Source: Lama glama (Eukaryota). From it: a stretch of DNA of 64,000 nucleotides. Shown here piece by piece: positions 50,291-63,845 of this stretch. The notes under the pieces are model-generated. The model worked only from the letters and a program-made list of their open reading frames with translations. It searched no databases and was not told the DNA's origin. The stretch lies in NCBI GenBank assembly GCA_028534125.1, contig CM052818.1, forward strand, positions 39,558,001-39,622,000. Reading direction: 5' to 3'. The translations under genes were made by a program, and so were the position numbers. Each line of letters begins with the position of its first letter. Position 1 is the stretch's first letter.

Positions 50291-51419
50291 TCATAAGGAA
50301 AATGATGGTGTCTTAACTCTGCTAATCTAGTGCTGTGTTCACTCTGTAACACAATGGCCATTCTCAAGTTCATTCTTCAACCATAGTAAGTATTATTGGA
50401 CACATGTTGCATGCCAGGAACTGTGCTGGGGGTATTTTGGTAGATTGCAAGATGAATAAGAAAGCATCCCTTTTCCTTCAGGTAATAGATAACCTATGCC
50501 TCGCATGACATCCAAAAGTGGTTAACTGACCACATTTGAAGTAGGGCCATAACCTATTTCTGCAGGGTAGAAATAAAAGCCCCATGTTATCTTGAGTTCA
50601 GTAGGCATTACCATATATTTTTGCTAGGACAGTTGGAGGCCTTTTCCACTTTCCACACAGTCTCTTCCACAGTAAGTTTAATACATGAAGAAAGACAATA
50701 CCCAAATTATCGTAAATCTGTCGGCATCCCATTCCAGAACAGAGGCAAATGGAGCTTCCATGTATCTGAGATGTTGTACGTGTCTGGATTACTGTTTTAT
50801 CCTTTATTGGGGTGGACCTCAGGGTCAGGTTTTATTATCTGTGTCTTAAAAATGTAGAGCTGGAGTTTCAGAGAGTGGAGCAGAAGGTGACCTGAGTCAG
50901 GGCAGGACATTAACCTCCTGACCTCAGAGACTGACGGATCTCAAGCAGTCCTGCACTCCAGAGGGGAGGCTGTTTTGGCACAGAGAGGAAGGCCAGACGG
51001 CCTGGTGTTTCATTTTAAGCTTTGAAAGGTTACACTTGGGCTATCCTTTGCCCTCTAACCTGCCAGGGCCACCCCCAGCAGAGACCACCTTTAGAGTTTT
51101 CTACTTTTTCTTCTTGTACCTTCATTTTTCCCTTCCCCTTCCTGCAGTTACCTGATGCCCGCTTGTCATCAGCTGCCCCCTTCTGTACCTGGCTTTCCAG
51201 GAAGAACCAGCTACCAGTCATTTACATTTCGGTGTGAATGTCAGTCAGTCGGCAAGCCTGATCTTTTTCTAGAAGAAGAAAAGCTTCATTCATGGGTAAA
51301 GGGATTCCAGTCATCAGCAAGTAGGAAAACATTCCCAAGCCCCTCAGATCATGCCTGCGATTTTCCTGCTCTTAATACCAATTCAAAGAGTCTAAGATTC
51401 TAAGACCGTTGAGTAGAAT

Positions 51420-51570
51420 GTCAAAATTGAAATGGTCAATGGAAATACTATTGGTACGCCTTATTTTGTTGGTGAAAAAACCTAAGACCCAGAAAGAAGT
51501 GATGGCTTGTCATACTACACAGCTAGTTAGTGGCAGGGTTGGGATGCAAATTTGAACCACTAGATCTTTA
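51420..51570 (-). mobile_element. MIR SINE
   Basis: gacccagaaagaagtga...cacagctagttagtggcag...tttgaacc. Confidence 0.65.
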
Positions 51571-53544
51571 AACAAGCGAAGTTTGAGCCAGGTATTATTT
51601 CTTCTTCCTGAGAAATTGATCTACACAGAGCTGGACACTTTTCAGCTGCGTAAATTCTCGTAAATCTTTTATAAGGCAGTGGAGGGTTTTGGATACAAAA
51701 AGAATGGAATAAGGGGTGGAGAGGAAGCTCTGGACTGGTCTCTGAGTTGCTGTTGTCCTTGTTTCTGCTGCTGCTGCTTCAATATGACACATGGAAGTGG
51801 CATCAGAGAAATAGCATTTGACAGATTGAGTGCTGGGCTCCCGCATTCAAACCTAAGTCCGTTATATAGTCTTGGTAACTGGCATAACCTCCTTGCTCAT
51901 CTGTCTTTTTTTTTTTCCTTTTAAGATGGAAGTCACAGTCTTTTATTTATTAATCTATTAAACAAAGAACAAGAATAGGTGATCTCTAAGCAAATTTATA
52001 GACTTTTCATCTCTAAAGCTGGGAAGATCTTCATGCAGCAACCAGAATGAGCACAGACATGGAGCGAAGAGGGAGTTGGAGTCATGATTATTAGGTGTTT
52101 TGGGGACAGCAAAGAGGCAGTCTGACCAAGAGGAATGACTTATGTTGGCAACATTGAGTAAAATAGAGACAACAGTTACTTTCTCAACGTGATAAAATAT
52201 GTTTCTCAGGAAACAAGACAGAATGCTCACTCATATCACCATAATTAAGTCTTGCTCTAGAAGGACCTGGCAATGCCATTAGCTCTTTTATGTCTCTTGT
52301 TTTGGACGCCCTTTTGGACCCCCTTTTAATCTTAGGGAATTATAAGAGTCCCAGTTCTTCTGAAAGAAGTGGCTCTTTAATGGTAGAATTTGGGGCATCA
52401 TGGACAAGCACGTGGAATGAATAATTTCAGGCAGAAGCCTTCTAGATGGTCTTCAGTTCATACTTACGCATCTCTCTCCTGGCTTCTGACTGGGGCATTT
52501 TCAAGGGTAGGCATCTTATAACAGCTCTTCACTCACAGTTCTTCCTGCTCGATGGATGGGATAGACTTGTGGTTGGACCACTACTCCTGAGAAGACCACA
52601 TTTCACATCTGCCACCCACCAGCCAGGCCAAGGCAATTAGTACCACCAAATCCCTGTAGGCTTTTATGAAAACAGATACAATGACACCTACTCTGTCTGC
52701 GTCACTAAATTGTTGTAAGGATCAAGTGAAAAAAAAGTGTGAATGTGTTTTATTGTTGAGGGAAATTTATAGAGATAAGGGGTGGTTCTTGTCTGGACCC
52801 CTCGGGCCCATGGGTCTTCAGTCTCTGGAGACCCCTGTATCTGTGCATTGGCACTCACCCTGTAAAACCACAGTCTTCTCCTAGTGCACCCAAGGCTCAC
52901 ATCACCAGATCCCATATACCCAGAGTATACGGCTTTCAGAGTGAGAGCCAGCTTGGAATTGTGTTAGCAGAGCAGGTACAGTTAAAAAGCCTGGGGCTTT
53001 GGAATTTTTAAAAGGGGAACCAACACCAACATCGCTGAAATAAATTGATTTGGTTGAAACTCTTCCAAAGAAATTACCTTAATTCTGAGACTAAATATGC
53101 TGCGTTCCAGCCCAAATGGACTTTTCTTGGCCAATCCCCTGAGAAGTAAACATTCAAGTTTAATAGGGAAAGGGCAGTAGAACTTGCAGTTTTAGCTCAC
53201 TGATGTCACCCATTGCTTTTTGAGCCAAAGAACAAGAAAATCCAACACTTCCTTCAAGTATGAAGGCATCATATGGGAACGATACAAGTATGTTTGTGGT
53301 TTCTATATATTTTCTCTTAAGGAAAAACACAGGAATTGAAGAGGATACATTTTTCAGAATCTTGACAGACATATGTGCTTCTCTTGGAGAGGGGCCCACC
53401 TGGGAATCTTGGCTGTCTGGTCAAAAAGGCTGCTTTTTATTTCTTTATTAAAAAATATGATAAAAAATAAGCACAGAGGGTTGAAATTGTGGAAGGGCTT
53501 AATGTTAACTCAAACTCCCAAAGTCAGATCCAGGGATACGATCT

Positions 53545-53715
53545 TAGTATTAGGGTGTAGGAGAACTTTTGAGCTGAAAGGGAAGAGTTCATTTTGCTGG
53601 GGAAGAGGTGACAAAATTAAGATCTAGGAGAGTTGTCTCGCTTACTCCAGGTCACAGGGCTTCTGTCATCAAAGCTAGACTAGAACACAGGGCTTTTGAC
53701 ACCAAGACTTCTCCT
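53545..53715 (-). mobile_element. MIR SINE (degraded)
   Basis: ccaggtcacag...actagaacacagggcttttgac. Confidence 0.5.
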
Positions 53716-54109
53716 GTCTTGTTTGGGAACAAATCACTCCTTGATAACAAAGACGTACTCTTAAGGCCACCCTAGAGTCCAGTGTCCTCACACTTACATC
53801 AGTAATGACCCTGAGTAATTAAAAGATTGGGTTGTGACACCTCCCTCCATTCAATGAGGCAGGCATAGCCACCTGCCAGTGGCAGTTAACTGCAGTCAGG
53901 ATCTGTATTCCAGGGCCTTTTCCTGGGCAGGCAAATCAAATCGTGGGTTTCAAAGGTAGAGCTTGGACCTTGAGCCAGCTCTTGGTGACTTCCACTAGAG
54001 AGTGCAGAATGCTTGGGTGAATCCAGTTTGAGTCGGTCTCCCTTAAGCAAGCACCACTGAGCCAGGCAGAGGTTCAGAAGGGAGGAACGCCATCCCAAGT
54101 GACCCATGA

Positions 54110-54210
54110 TCCAAAGAGATGGCAAGGATTGGTGCTTCTCTGTCTTCATATTCACTGTCCCTAACACTCAGTAAGTATTTAAACAACATTTGGTGATTGA
54201 ATGTGGATGG
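54110..54210 (+). mobile_element. L2 3' end
   Basis: tgtcttcatattcactgtccctaacac...catttggtgattgaat. Confidence 0.55.
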
Positions 54211-55074
54211 TTAAATGTTAAGTTGGTGGTAGGACTGCTCTGAGCATGGAGGAGAAGGACTGTCAATCTTCCTGGAGTGTGGAAAAGAACAAGGTCAAGG
54301 AAAGCTTCAAAGCTGATAGTCAACCTGAGCCTTAAAGGGAAACACATTGTGAAGCAGATGATCATCCCTTATCTGTTTGAGTTTCAGTGTATACATCTGA
54401 TACTTTGGTGGGTGCAGAGGGGATGCTAGTATGTACTTACGTGAGGCACCCAAACATCCCTGATAGGGAAAGTGGCCCCTGGGGTTGAGAGCAGGGATGG
54501 GTGCCCAGCATGTTTGCATCAGAGATACAGGAGCTGGGTGGGGCTTCCTCCTCTGGGCACTGGAGCCGACCTCGGGCCTTGGACTGGGCCTCAGACTGGG
54601 CCTCGGGCGGCCTCACCTGACTTCCTGCATTGCCCTCACTTGGGTCCCTGGGAAAGGCTGTTGTACTTGGCCTCCCTCCACCCCCAGGGTACACAATTAC
54701 TCAGAAACTCCCAGCTGCTCCCCAGCCCCACACTGAGTTTCCAAACAAAACCTGTGAAAACAGATCTCTGGTGGCAGCTTCGGCCACATCTGGCAACTGC
54801 CCACATCCACGGTCCACCAGCAGCCTCTCGAGTCCCAGACGCTCTCCACTCCGGGTGCAAACGAAGCCTGGACGGACACCGTCTTTGAGACACATCCAGG
54901 AAAGATCGGCTCGGGCTCGATGTTTTTCTTTTGGCTCCATCCAAACCAAATGGAGCTGAGTGTCTGCACTCGGGCCTGTCCCTTTGTTGCAGCCACAGGC
55001 TCGTACCTCTGCAGTGGTGCAGTGAGAGAAAGGCTCTGCTACCTGCCGGGCCTCCTAGGGGTTCTGAGTCTCCG

Positions 55075-55400
55075 ATCCTTCCTGTGTGGACCCCTCCCCC
55101 TACTCCTTCCATCTTACCAGTCACCCTGTCCTCTCTGTATCTGAACCTGCTTTTTTCCTTTCTGCCTTCTCGTCAGCCCACTACTGTCACCCTTGTTCAG
55201 GTCCCCACTTCTTGCTGCATTATTTCCGGAGTCTCACTCTCCTCCCTTCTGTTCCTCTCCTTTGGAAGCATGGTGTTGCCAGATGTTTCTTTCCGAAGTG
55301 TAGACCTTTGGTGACATAATTCTCCTGCTCAAAACCCTCCCAAGGCCAGCTTTTGACTCCAGGATGCCTGACACATTAGCCTGGCATTAAGGTCTTCTCG
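55075..55400 (+). mobile_element. L2 fragment
   Basis: cccactactgtcacccttgttcagg...ctcctgctcaaaaccctcccaaggc. Confidence 0.65.
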
Positions 55401-55569
55401 GCTCAAGGCCCTGTGGCCGAGCAGGTCAACTTAAACTTCAGCTGCCCACCCACAGCGTACAAATGCTTCTTGGGAGTGGCTGCCCAGACTGGGATGACAT
55501 TTCCCCCCTGCTCCCCTCACTGCCCCACCCTCCACCCTGAATCTAATTTTTCAAATGAAATGTGAGCAG

Positions 55570-55805
55570 AAGTGATGTGTGTGTCAGAGGAGGGTGCTCC
55601 TTTCCTACCCTTGTCTTCTCGTTCTCAGTGGAAACAGAGGATCCTATGCCTGTAGGGGTTGAGGAACCAATGATGGAAGGACAAACACCACTTGGAGTAA
55701 ACCATTTTGCTGATGAGGAAAACGTAATTGGTCTGTTTTGTGGAGCAGAGGTAGTGTGTATTGTCTTAAGCCATTGGACATTGGGGGTTTATTTTTGTTA
55801 TCTTG
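55570..55805 (+). mobile_element. MaLR MLT1 LTR 3' part
   Basis: cagaagtgatgtgtgt...tattgtcttaagccattggacattgggggttattt. Confidence 0.55.
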
Positions 55806-56399
55806 TCTATTACAGGCATCAGTGGCCTTTCCAATTTGAGTCCAAACTTGCAGTTCCTCATGTGCACTTTATTACCTGCCTGTGTGCACCCCCCCTTCTT
55901 TGCTGGGGCGTCTTTATCCTCACCTGTATGAATCTACATCGTCCTGCCTGTGGCTCAGGATGCAGGGGAGAGGCCCCCACTCTGCTCAGCTTCCCTTGGC
56001 CGCTGGCTCCCTCACCTGGGGGGGATGGCTTTATCTGCGCCCCCCCCTAGTTCTGCTCATCTCACGCCACTGTGTATCTCAGTCAGTGATTTATGTATCT
56101 CATTTCTCTGCCCACTTGTAAATTCTTGGGAAGTAGGGGAGGTCATGATTCTTTTACCTTTGTTATCCCCATTGTGCCGTAGCTCTGAGTGGTCCCCCTA
56201 GCCCAGCTCCTTGCATTTAAAGTCGCCTGGTTTTTATAGAATTACCGACTAAGAGAATAAATGCGTGGTAAGTGTAGGATCCTCTTGTGGTGAGATTATA
56301 GACTCGGCAGTCTGTCTTCCAGCATCCTGGCCTCCTCTTCTTGTCCCCATATCACCTCTGCCTTCTCCTCCCACAAGCCTCCTTCCTCTCTTCATGCAT

Positions 56400-56660
56400 G
56401 ACATGGTGGAGGGCTGAGTCCACAGTCTTCGAACCCAGGCTTCCAGGGTTTGAGCCCAGGCTGCCAGGATTTGAGCTTTGGCATCTCCTCCCACTCTGGG
56501 ACTGTGGGCATGCCCCTTCGCCTCCATGCCTTGGTGTCCTTATTGTGAAACTGGTAATAATAACCTCCCTCCTAGCATTGCTTGAGGGTGAAATGAGGTC
56601 ATATTTGTGAAGCTCTTAGAACAGTTACGGGTCAGAGTGAGCACAATCTGAGTGTTCACA
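56400..56660 (+). mobile_element. MIR SINE with internal ~21-bp tandem duplication
   Basis: gcctccatgccttggtgtccttattgtgaaactggtaataataac; ga(a/g)cccaggct(t/g)ccagg(g/a)ttt repeated at 56431-56472. Confidence 0.7.
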
Positions 56661-57029
56661 GCACATATCTCTTTGTTCGTCCTCACTTTCTTTCTCTACA
56701 TCTGTCCCCTGGCCCTTGTAGGCACTGAGGAGTCAGGGATGGGGTCAGGCCAGGGCCTTGACAGTAGATGGGTTTCCTCTGTGTGTCACTTACTGCTGAC
56801 CATGCATGAGGGGCTGCCTGAGCGCTGCGTGGCAGGTGATTCTGAACCAGAAAGAGAGCCATGATCAAGGGGCTGGTGGTACCATTAATACAAGGGAGGA
56901 AATAGTGGCGTAGGTGCCGGGCATTCTTCGTCCCCAAAAGAACTGGGATTTGACTAGACATGGTAACTTAGAGGAATGAACAATTCATTGTGGAGTCAAG
57001 TATCTATAAGTAAACGTTCAGAATTCAGA

Positions 57030-57195
57030 TGAATCATACAACCTTAGTGCTATGAAACTATAAAGGATCATTCACTACATACCCTCATTAACGTAGCAAA
57101 GCTAACACCTAAAGACAAGTGACTTGCTCTAGGAGCCATGATTAGTTTCCACAGTACAAAGACGAGAACCAGGCCCCTGACTACTAGTCTAGTGT
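57030..57195 (-). mobile_element. MIR SINE (degraded)
   Basis: aagtgacttgctctagg...gaaccaggcccctgactactagtctagtg. Confidence 0.55.
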
Positions 57196-57374
57196 AATCC
57201 TTATGCATCACAAGTGCTAACCTCAGGCGAGTCTCGTACAACTATTCACATCTCACTCTCCTAGCCAAGAACCTTCAGTGGCTCCCTACTACCCTGAAAG
57301 CAAGGTTAAATCTCTTACATGTATGGAAATCATCCACAGTGTCATCCCTTTTCCCCACTCAGAATCCACCAGTG

Positions 57375-57910
57375 GCTGGCATTCTCTGCATTGTTGGTGA
57401 TAAGGTAAATTTGCATAATCCTTATGGAAAGCAGCAAACAATACACATCAGGAACCATAAACATGCTCATATGGTCCAGGAGTTCTACCTCTGGACCCCC
57501 TCCTAAAGAAACAATCCCTTAGCACAGAAAAACCTGTATGCATAAAGATACTCATAGTCATCATAGCATTATTTGTAACAACACAAAAATGGAGAGGACC
57601 TAAGTTTTTACCATTAAAAGGGTTTTTGAACAAATCATGATATATTTACTAGATGAATTAGTGAGGTCATTGTCAAGGATGGAGATAAAAACTATAAAAT
57701 GACATGAGACATTTGAAAAGATTTAATGTTAAGTAAAAAACAGGATATAAAAAATGTGTGTAGAGTATGGTGTCAGTGATCTGAAAAATACATGCAAGGA
57801 AAAAGACACTAATGAAATTTAAATAGCTGTTGTATGGGATTCTTTTTTCTATTATCCAAAATATATGTGACAGCCTGACATTATTTTCATAATATCTAAA
57901 AATTTAATAT
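57375..57910 (+). mobile_element. L1ME-type ORF2 end + 3'UTR
   Basis: gcattgttggtga...tatggaaagca...catagcattatttgtaac...aatgttaagtaaaaaa. Confidence 0.75.
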
Positions 57911-58129
57911 TTCATAATGGTAAATGTTATCATTATAAAACATTTAAAAGCTCCCTATTACCCACAATAGAACAAAGGAAAGCGCCGTGTCCCAGCACTT
58001 AGATCTCAACATTGTGTCCCAGTTTTTCCTTTCTTTCCCATTTCCCAGAACTTTGTTTTTTTGGTGTGTGCTCCCTGTGTTCCCTTCAGGCTGCTTTTTG
58101 GTTGTGTCCTTGGTAAGAAGGGGGCCAAA

Positions 58130-58340
58130 GGGTCAGTGAAGAAAACACAGACCTTGAGGATGGACAGACCTTAGCGACCCAACTTTGCCGATTTACAGCT
58201 AAGTGACTTTGGGTACATTACCTATCCCCCCAGAGCCTCTGTTTCCTCATCTGTAAAATGAGAAATAACAACATCTCTCAGGCTGCCGGAAGGATGAATT
58301 GAGACACACACGCATGGTACCTGGTACAGTGCATATTAGT
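58130..58340 (+). mobile_element. MIR SINE
   Basis: gagcctctgtttcctcatctgtaaaatgagaaataaca. Confidence 0.85.
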
Positions 58341-58769
58341 ACTTTTCATAAAATTCGTTCCCTGCCGTGGTTCAGCCCCATTTTCAAACTGCCCTTGCCT
58401 GGAACCCTTGCACTCTTCTCTTTTCTGAAGTCGTGTGATCTGATGTCGGGCGTGTGGTTCAAAGCACTGCTGCTCCAAGTGTGGTCTACGGACCTGTCCT
58501 CAACCGAAGAGGTGTGGAAATGGAGTATACGATGTAATGTGATCTTGTCCTGGATGGGGAGCAGTCAGTTCAGGGCCCAGGACAGGGCTTGAGTGCTCTG
58601 GGAGAATGGAGAGTGTGGAGAGGCAGTGAGGAAGAAAAGCAAAAAGTTGGGCAAAACTACTGAAAATCAGTGACAGGTCCGGGGGGTTCACTATACTATT
58701 TTTTTTTTACCAGTGTGGATATTTGACTATTTGCATAATAACAATACTTGAAAATTCCTACACATGCTT

Positions 58770-59085
58770 CCTCCAGGATGCTGCTCTGGTCCTGTCTTTT
58801 TAGACCTCCTGTTTCTGTGCATTTTACTCACCCTGATCGCACTTTTAATGAGAAACTTGCTTGATTACCTATCTTGTTATGTATGTGTGTGTGTACACAC
58901 CCATGTGCATATATATACACATATATTACATATGGACACATGTACACATACGTCTTATATATAGTCTCCAATTAGGGTTATAAACTCCCTGAGGGCATGT
59001 GTCCCACTTTACATTTCTTTTGCTCCAAACAACACTTAAAAAGACTTGGGGATGCAACATCATTGTTTTTGTAAATGTCGTGAAT
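58770..59085 (+). mobile_element. L2 fragment with internal (TG/CA/TA) low complexity
   Basis: gtctccaattagggttataaactccctgagggca. Confidence 0.55.
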
Positions 59086-59094
59086 CAAGTTTTA

Positions 59095-59230
59095 CAACTT
59101 GCCTGATGACTTGTTAAAAACAGATTTCTGTGCCCCTCCTTGGAGATTCTGATTCACTTGACCTAGGGTGAGACACAGCCTATAGATCTGCCAAGAAACT
59201 TTCCTTCCTTCATGTCTGAAGGACAGTTTG
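59095..59230. mobile_element. MER5-type hAT MITE fragment
   Basis: cttgttaaaaacagatt...gagattctgattca...ctagggtg. Confidence 0.6.
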
Positions 59231-59599
59231 GTCTTAAAATGTTCCCTATTAAAATATGCTTGCAGTTGGGAGGAAAAAGTCAATTCAAATAATTACCATG
59301 GCTTACTGAATTAACACCCTCAGCCTTTAGTCCTTCATCGCAGGGAAAGGGAAGAGGGAGCAGGGGTGCTGGGTATAAGATCAAGATCGGGGATGAAATC
59401 TAAGGACAAAAAGAGAACTTCCCCAAGTTTTAATCAACACAGAGTCTGTCTGTTGTTCCCATGGCTTTGGGTTCTGAAAATCCCTGCCAAATTCTCCTTT
59501 CAATTGTTTAAACAAGTTTCAAGATAATTCAACAATATGGAGCAAGTATCCACACAAAGATCATGAGCCTAAGAAACACATACTCTGTGAAGGTCTTGA

Positions 59600-59770
59600 T
59601 TACAGCTTAGAAACAACAGTAGTTGTGCTGGGTTCCATGCACTGGGTGCCGATGTGTCAGACTGCCCGGTGCCTTACACTTGGTTCCAGTGCAGATGGAG
59701 AAACCAAAGCTGCACAGCTGAGTAAGTGGTAAAGCATCTATCTGAACCCACATCAATTCGGATTTAAAAC
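59600..59770 (-). mobile_element. MIR SINE
   Basis: gcagatggagaaaccaaagc...cacagctgagtaagtgg...ctgaaccc. Confidence 0.55.
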
Positions 59771-61929
59771 AAATTTGACACACATTGTAAAATGACTGTA
59801 AGTCAATAAAAAAAAGTTAAAAAAAATAAAGTCACTTGATTAGCAGCCTTAAAAGGAAATAAAAATAAAACCATCTTCCTGTTGTGCCTTACTGCTTCTT
59901 TGTATACACAGTACGTAGCCAGGGTCAAGAGCACAGCAGATTCTCAATAAGTGCTGGTTAAATGATTGAGGGGGTTTTCTCCAGTGCTGTGTTCTCAGCC
60001 CAGTGCTGGAGGCCAGAAGGTTCAAAGCAGAATATAGATGATTCAGAGGGACAATCTAGGGGGAGAAAAAGGAAAACGACTGAAAGGTAGAAAAAGTGAA
60101 ACAAAATAAAAGATTTAGAGGAAGAATAAAATGATTGTGGTCATTAAACACGGAGAGGAAAGAGCTGAAGGCAGCCCTCTGAATGGTCCTTCTGGTCTAT
60201 GACAAGCAGGGGACACAGAGCTGGAGGAGCAGTGGAGGCTTGGGGACTCACCGCGGTGGCCTGGGACTCACCCGGTGATCAGGCTGAGCTTTGTGGGATG
60301 GCAGCCTATGCTGACTGCGGACAAATGTACAGGAAAGGAAGGAATCGCAAAACTCAACCGACGGTCGGTTCACGGTGCCTTACTCTTGTGTCTGTCTGTG
60401 TGTATATCATCTGATGTTCTCCTGGCCGGAACCACTCCTTCCCGGCCTCAGCCTGGTCTGTCACAACAACTGGAAATACCATTATCTGCATATAGCTGTA
60501 TTTCTGCAGAGACCTCTGTCTCAGTGGATAATCTGACATCACAGCGCGTGATGGATCATCTCGAACCATTTGCCCTGAAAGACACACATACCGCAGTAAA
60601 GCCAGAGATTATGTCACATGCTCTCTGGTCTCTCCGTGGAAGCTCCTGCCATCAATGGCTTGGGCTCCAAATGAACGCATGGAAGGAGGCAGAAAACCAG
60701 GACGTTCAGCCTGGGTTCTGGGAGCAGTGGAGTTACTGCACCCTTCGGCGGGGTCAGGAGTGAGCTGGCAAAGGGACATTTAATCCCCACCTCCTTGACC
60801 TGAGCCTGCTGCAGGTTGGCTCTCTCCCTCAGCTTTCCTGCTTATTTCTGCTCCCTCTACCTCCTGTTGCTTTGGAAATCAAGCAACATTAAATCCCTTA
60901 GTTTCAACGAGTTTAAGTAGTTGAATAAGGAATATTATTTTTATTAAAGCAGTCTTACATGAAAACAAAACAAAACAGGGCAGAGAGGTTTCCACCATAG
61001 AATGAGCATCATCCTTTTGATTACAAGGCTTGTCACAAAATTCCCTTGATGTCCCCAGTGCCTGGAGTATGCATTTGGAGCTCTTCCTTTATTGGAAAAT
61101 GTAAAATAATGTCAGTAAGGAAATTCCCAACTATCTAGAGTTACTGATTCTCTTTCTCCAAAAGATAGCCCTTGGGTAGCAAGCTACATGCAGCCAACAG
61201 GGTATATATTATTGGTTCATGTGTTAAGCCTGTTGAAGTTAAAAGCATCCTTCAAAATGTCCCTCAGGAGTCTCGAATCCCCTGGTTGGAACTGTGTCTG
61301 CCTCTCCTTGGTTTCCACCGTCCTCTCTGCTTAGAGCACTTGTCAGAGGCAGCCCAGACCTGCTGAATGGAACACCATGGCACATTCACTCATACCCCTC
61401 CCCTCCTGCCTGCTGAAGGCCTTGAACCCGCTGGGCACTGCATAGGTATTTTGTGAAATCCAACCTTTGCTTCAGAGAGCATTAGAGCACCACAGAAACC
61501 ATGCTAAGTAATTAAGATGGCAATGAATAACCCAACTCCCCACGACCTAAACCAGAGAATGAGCTCAGTGGTATTGCAGCTTGAAGTGTGCAGCCAGATG
61601 TGGCTACACCTTTTTTTTTGTGACCAGCTCACATCAGCCTCTAGAGGAACCTGAAACTTCCTAATGCAGAAGAGCAGGTGATCACACACTGCAGCCCTAG
61701 AGGGAGATGTCTGTCGCTGATACGTATTTCAACAGTCGGAGAAGGTTCCAGGTAAACGGAGATACGGTAATCGTTTCCAGATATGTGGAGATTGCTGCTG
61801 GCTCAGTGATTGTCCCCATCAAGCGGGAAGATAATGAAAAGTGCCCTTTCTCTGGCTCAAATCACTTCCTCCTGTTGCTTGATTTTTTTTTTGAATTATA
61901 CAAAGTTTATGGCTGTAGTGTGTTTGTAA

Positions 61930-62400
61930 GGGACGAGGCTCATTGTTAATATTGTGAATGCTTTGTCCTCGGGACAATTTTATTATGCAAATTAATCATC
62001 ATGAAACGCACTTTTAAATCATAACGACTTATGTGGAATTTAAAATATTTCCTATAATTATTTCACAGGAGCATATGGATTAGCAAATAGTATAGGGTAG
62101 AGGATACAAACGGAGATATTTACAGAAAAAGAAAAGTACACATGAAATATGGTTCGGCCAGGTTTAATACACACAGAATACACTTTAATACTTTCATATG
62201 GTCTGAATAATATCCCCATATTGATTTTTTCCCTCGTTTCTACCAACTCCACAGCAAATGGACGACAATGGCTCATTGATTTATGGTGAGTGTAGCAATG
62301 GGTTTATAACAGCATGAATCATGCCGATTGCTCAATTCACCACATGCCTTAATAAAAGTTTCACTTTAATAAAACTGAGCTAAGGCAAATATGCCCAGAG
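61930..62400. promoter_or_regulatory. Candidate developmental enhancer (SOX/POU/PBX-HOX motif cluster)
   Basis: CATTGTT 61941, CTTTGTC 61961, ATGCAAAT 61985-61992, ACAATG-n3-CATTG 62265-62278, TGATTTATGG 62277-62286, TAATAAAA x2 at 62350 and 62367; no repeat recognised. Confidence 0.4.
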
Positions 62401-62579
62401 GCTGGCCTGACATTCCTTATACATTACCCTGCCTCAGGAAATTATTGCCATATATTTTACAGCAGCTACAGTAGGCTAGGGGATCAGGATTAAAATGTAC
62501 TAACTACTGTGATATTTAACAGAACTCCTGTGTTCCCAGTTAACCCTCACAGGTACCAAATGAACAGAGCAATTAGGAA

Positions 62580-62790
62580 AGAGCATGGTGTAGGGAACAG
62601 AACCGGGTTGGGATGTAGGTTGTGGAGATCAGTCACACCGTGAGTGTCCCCTAAACACTCCATACAGTGGAGGTGGAAAAAAAAGATCCCATTTTCTTTC
62701 CAGAGGTGCTGTGACCATCAAAGGAGAAAGAGGAAGCACAGGGCTTTATAAACTACAAATGCAATGCAAGTGTAATGTGGGGTGTCGCCC
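62580..62790 (+). mobile_element. MIR SINE (degraded)
   Basis: gcatggtgtagggaa...gctgtgaccatcaaaggag...gctttataaactacaaa. Confidence 0.45.
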
Positions 62791-63294
62791 TGAGGGGCCG
62801 TGCCTGCAAGACTCACACACACACCAACCCCTCAACACTGTGAACTCTGTCTTTGGAAAAATCCATTCTCATTGTTGTTAATAAAAAGTGTGTTTGGATA
62901 AATAAAAGATCTTACTCTATTGATAGGTGTTTAGGGGTTAAAAAGAGAAAAAAGCTAAGCCTTCTAATAGAGCTATATTATTCTTTTATAAACTAAGGAT
63001 TGTTTTTTGTCTTCCGTAGTAAGAGTTGAAAACGCCCCCGCCACACCTGCGTTGTGTTAAGGAAAATTAAGCTGGGATGTGAAAATGTAGGCCAAAAGAA
63101 ATTGCTGGTACTGTTCAAGTGACTTATCACCTGCTTGTGATTGCTTCGGAAGAAATTGGGATTAGACCATCCGTATACTATTCAGTGCCGGTTGGTGCAA
63201 TGTATGTTAGTCTAGAAGACCAGGAGGCCTGTTTGGATTTCGAATCAGTACCAATCACTTAGGCTTTCTATAAAGAAAGTGTGATAGAGTAAGG

Positions 63295-63450
63295 GGGGTG
63301 TGGCATAGTCCTGTGGAAAGAGTCAGACAGATTTGGGCTCGAGTTGTACCTCTGCTGTTAACTACTGACTGATGATCTTGGACCAGGTACAAAAGCTTTC
63401 TGGGCCTCCATTTCCTCATCTGTAAAATGGACTTGAAATTGTTGGTGTGA
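63295..63450 (+). mobile_element. MIR SINE
   Basis: tctgggcctccatttcctcatctgtaaaatgg. Confidence 0.85.
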
Positions 63451-63699
63451 CATTTAAAACTGTCGTTCCTTGCACCCTTTCTCAGCTGTTTCATGGTAAT
63501 TAGTCTCCATCTCCCCAGCTAGGCTGTCTCTCCTGCACTTAGCCCTTTTCCTTGTCCCCCAAGCTCTCACTTCACCCTCACTGCAGGCTGGTAGGGAAGA
63601 CCGTGCTTGCCCAGCATCCAGCTCTGGTTCAGCTGGCCTTCCCCTGGGCTCCTGCAGCAACGCCATCATATTCCACACCCTCCAAACCTGCTTGTATTC

Positions 63700-63845
63700 A
63701 TCTCATTCCTTTCCCTCCAGTTAGAACCTGGAGGGAAAAAAACTGCTTTGTTTTTCTCAACTTTGTTCCCCTCATGGTTAACTTTCTGTGTGGCACATAG
63801 AAGGTAGTCAGTAAATACTATAAATAAACGATGTATGAAATCATG
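63700..63845 (+). mobile_element. L2 3' end
   Basis: tggcacatagaaggtagtcagtaaatac. Confidence 0.6.

Noticed and set aside
60275..60763. 162-aa ORF, and the nearby 80-aa ORF at 61707-61949
   Set aside because: No recognisable homology or convincing splice-site framing; a small exon cannot be fully excluded without alignment
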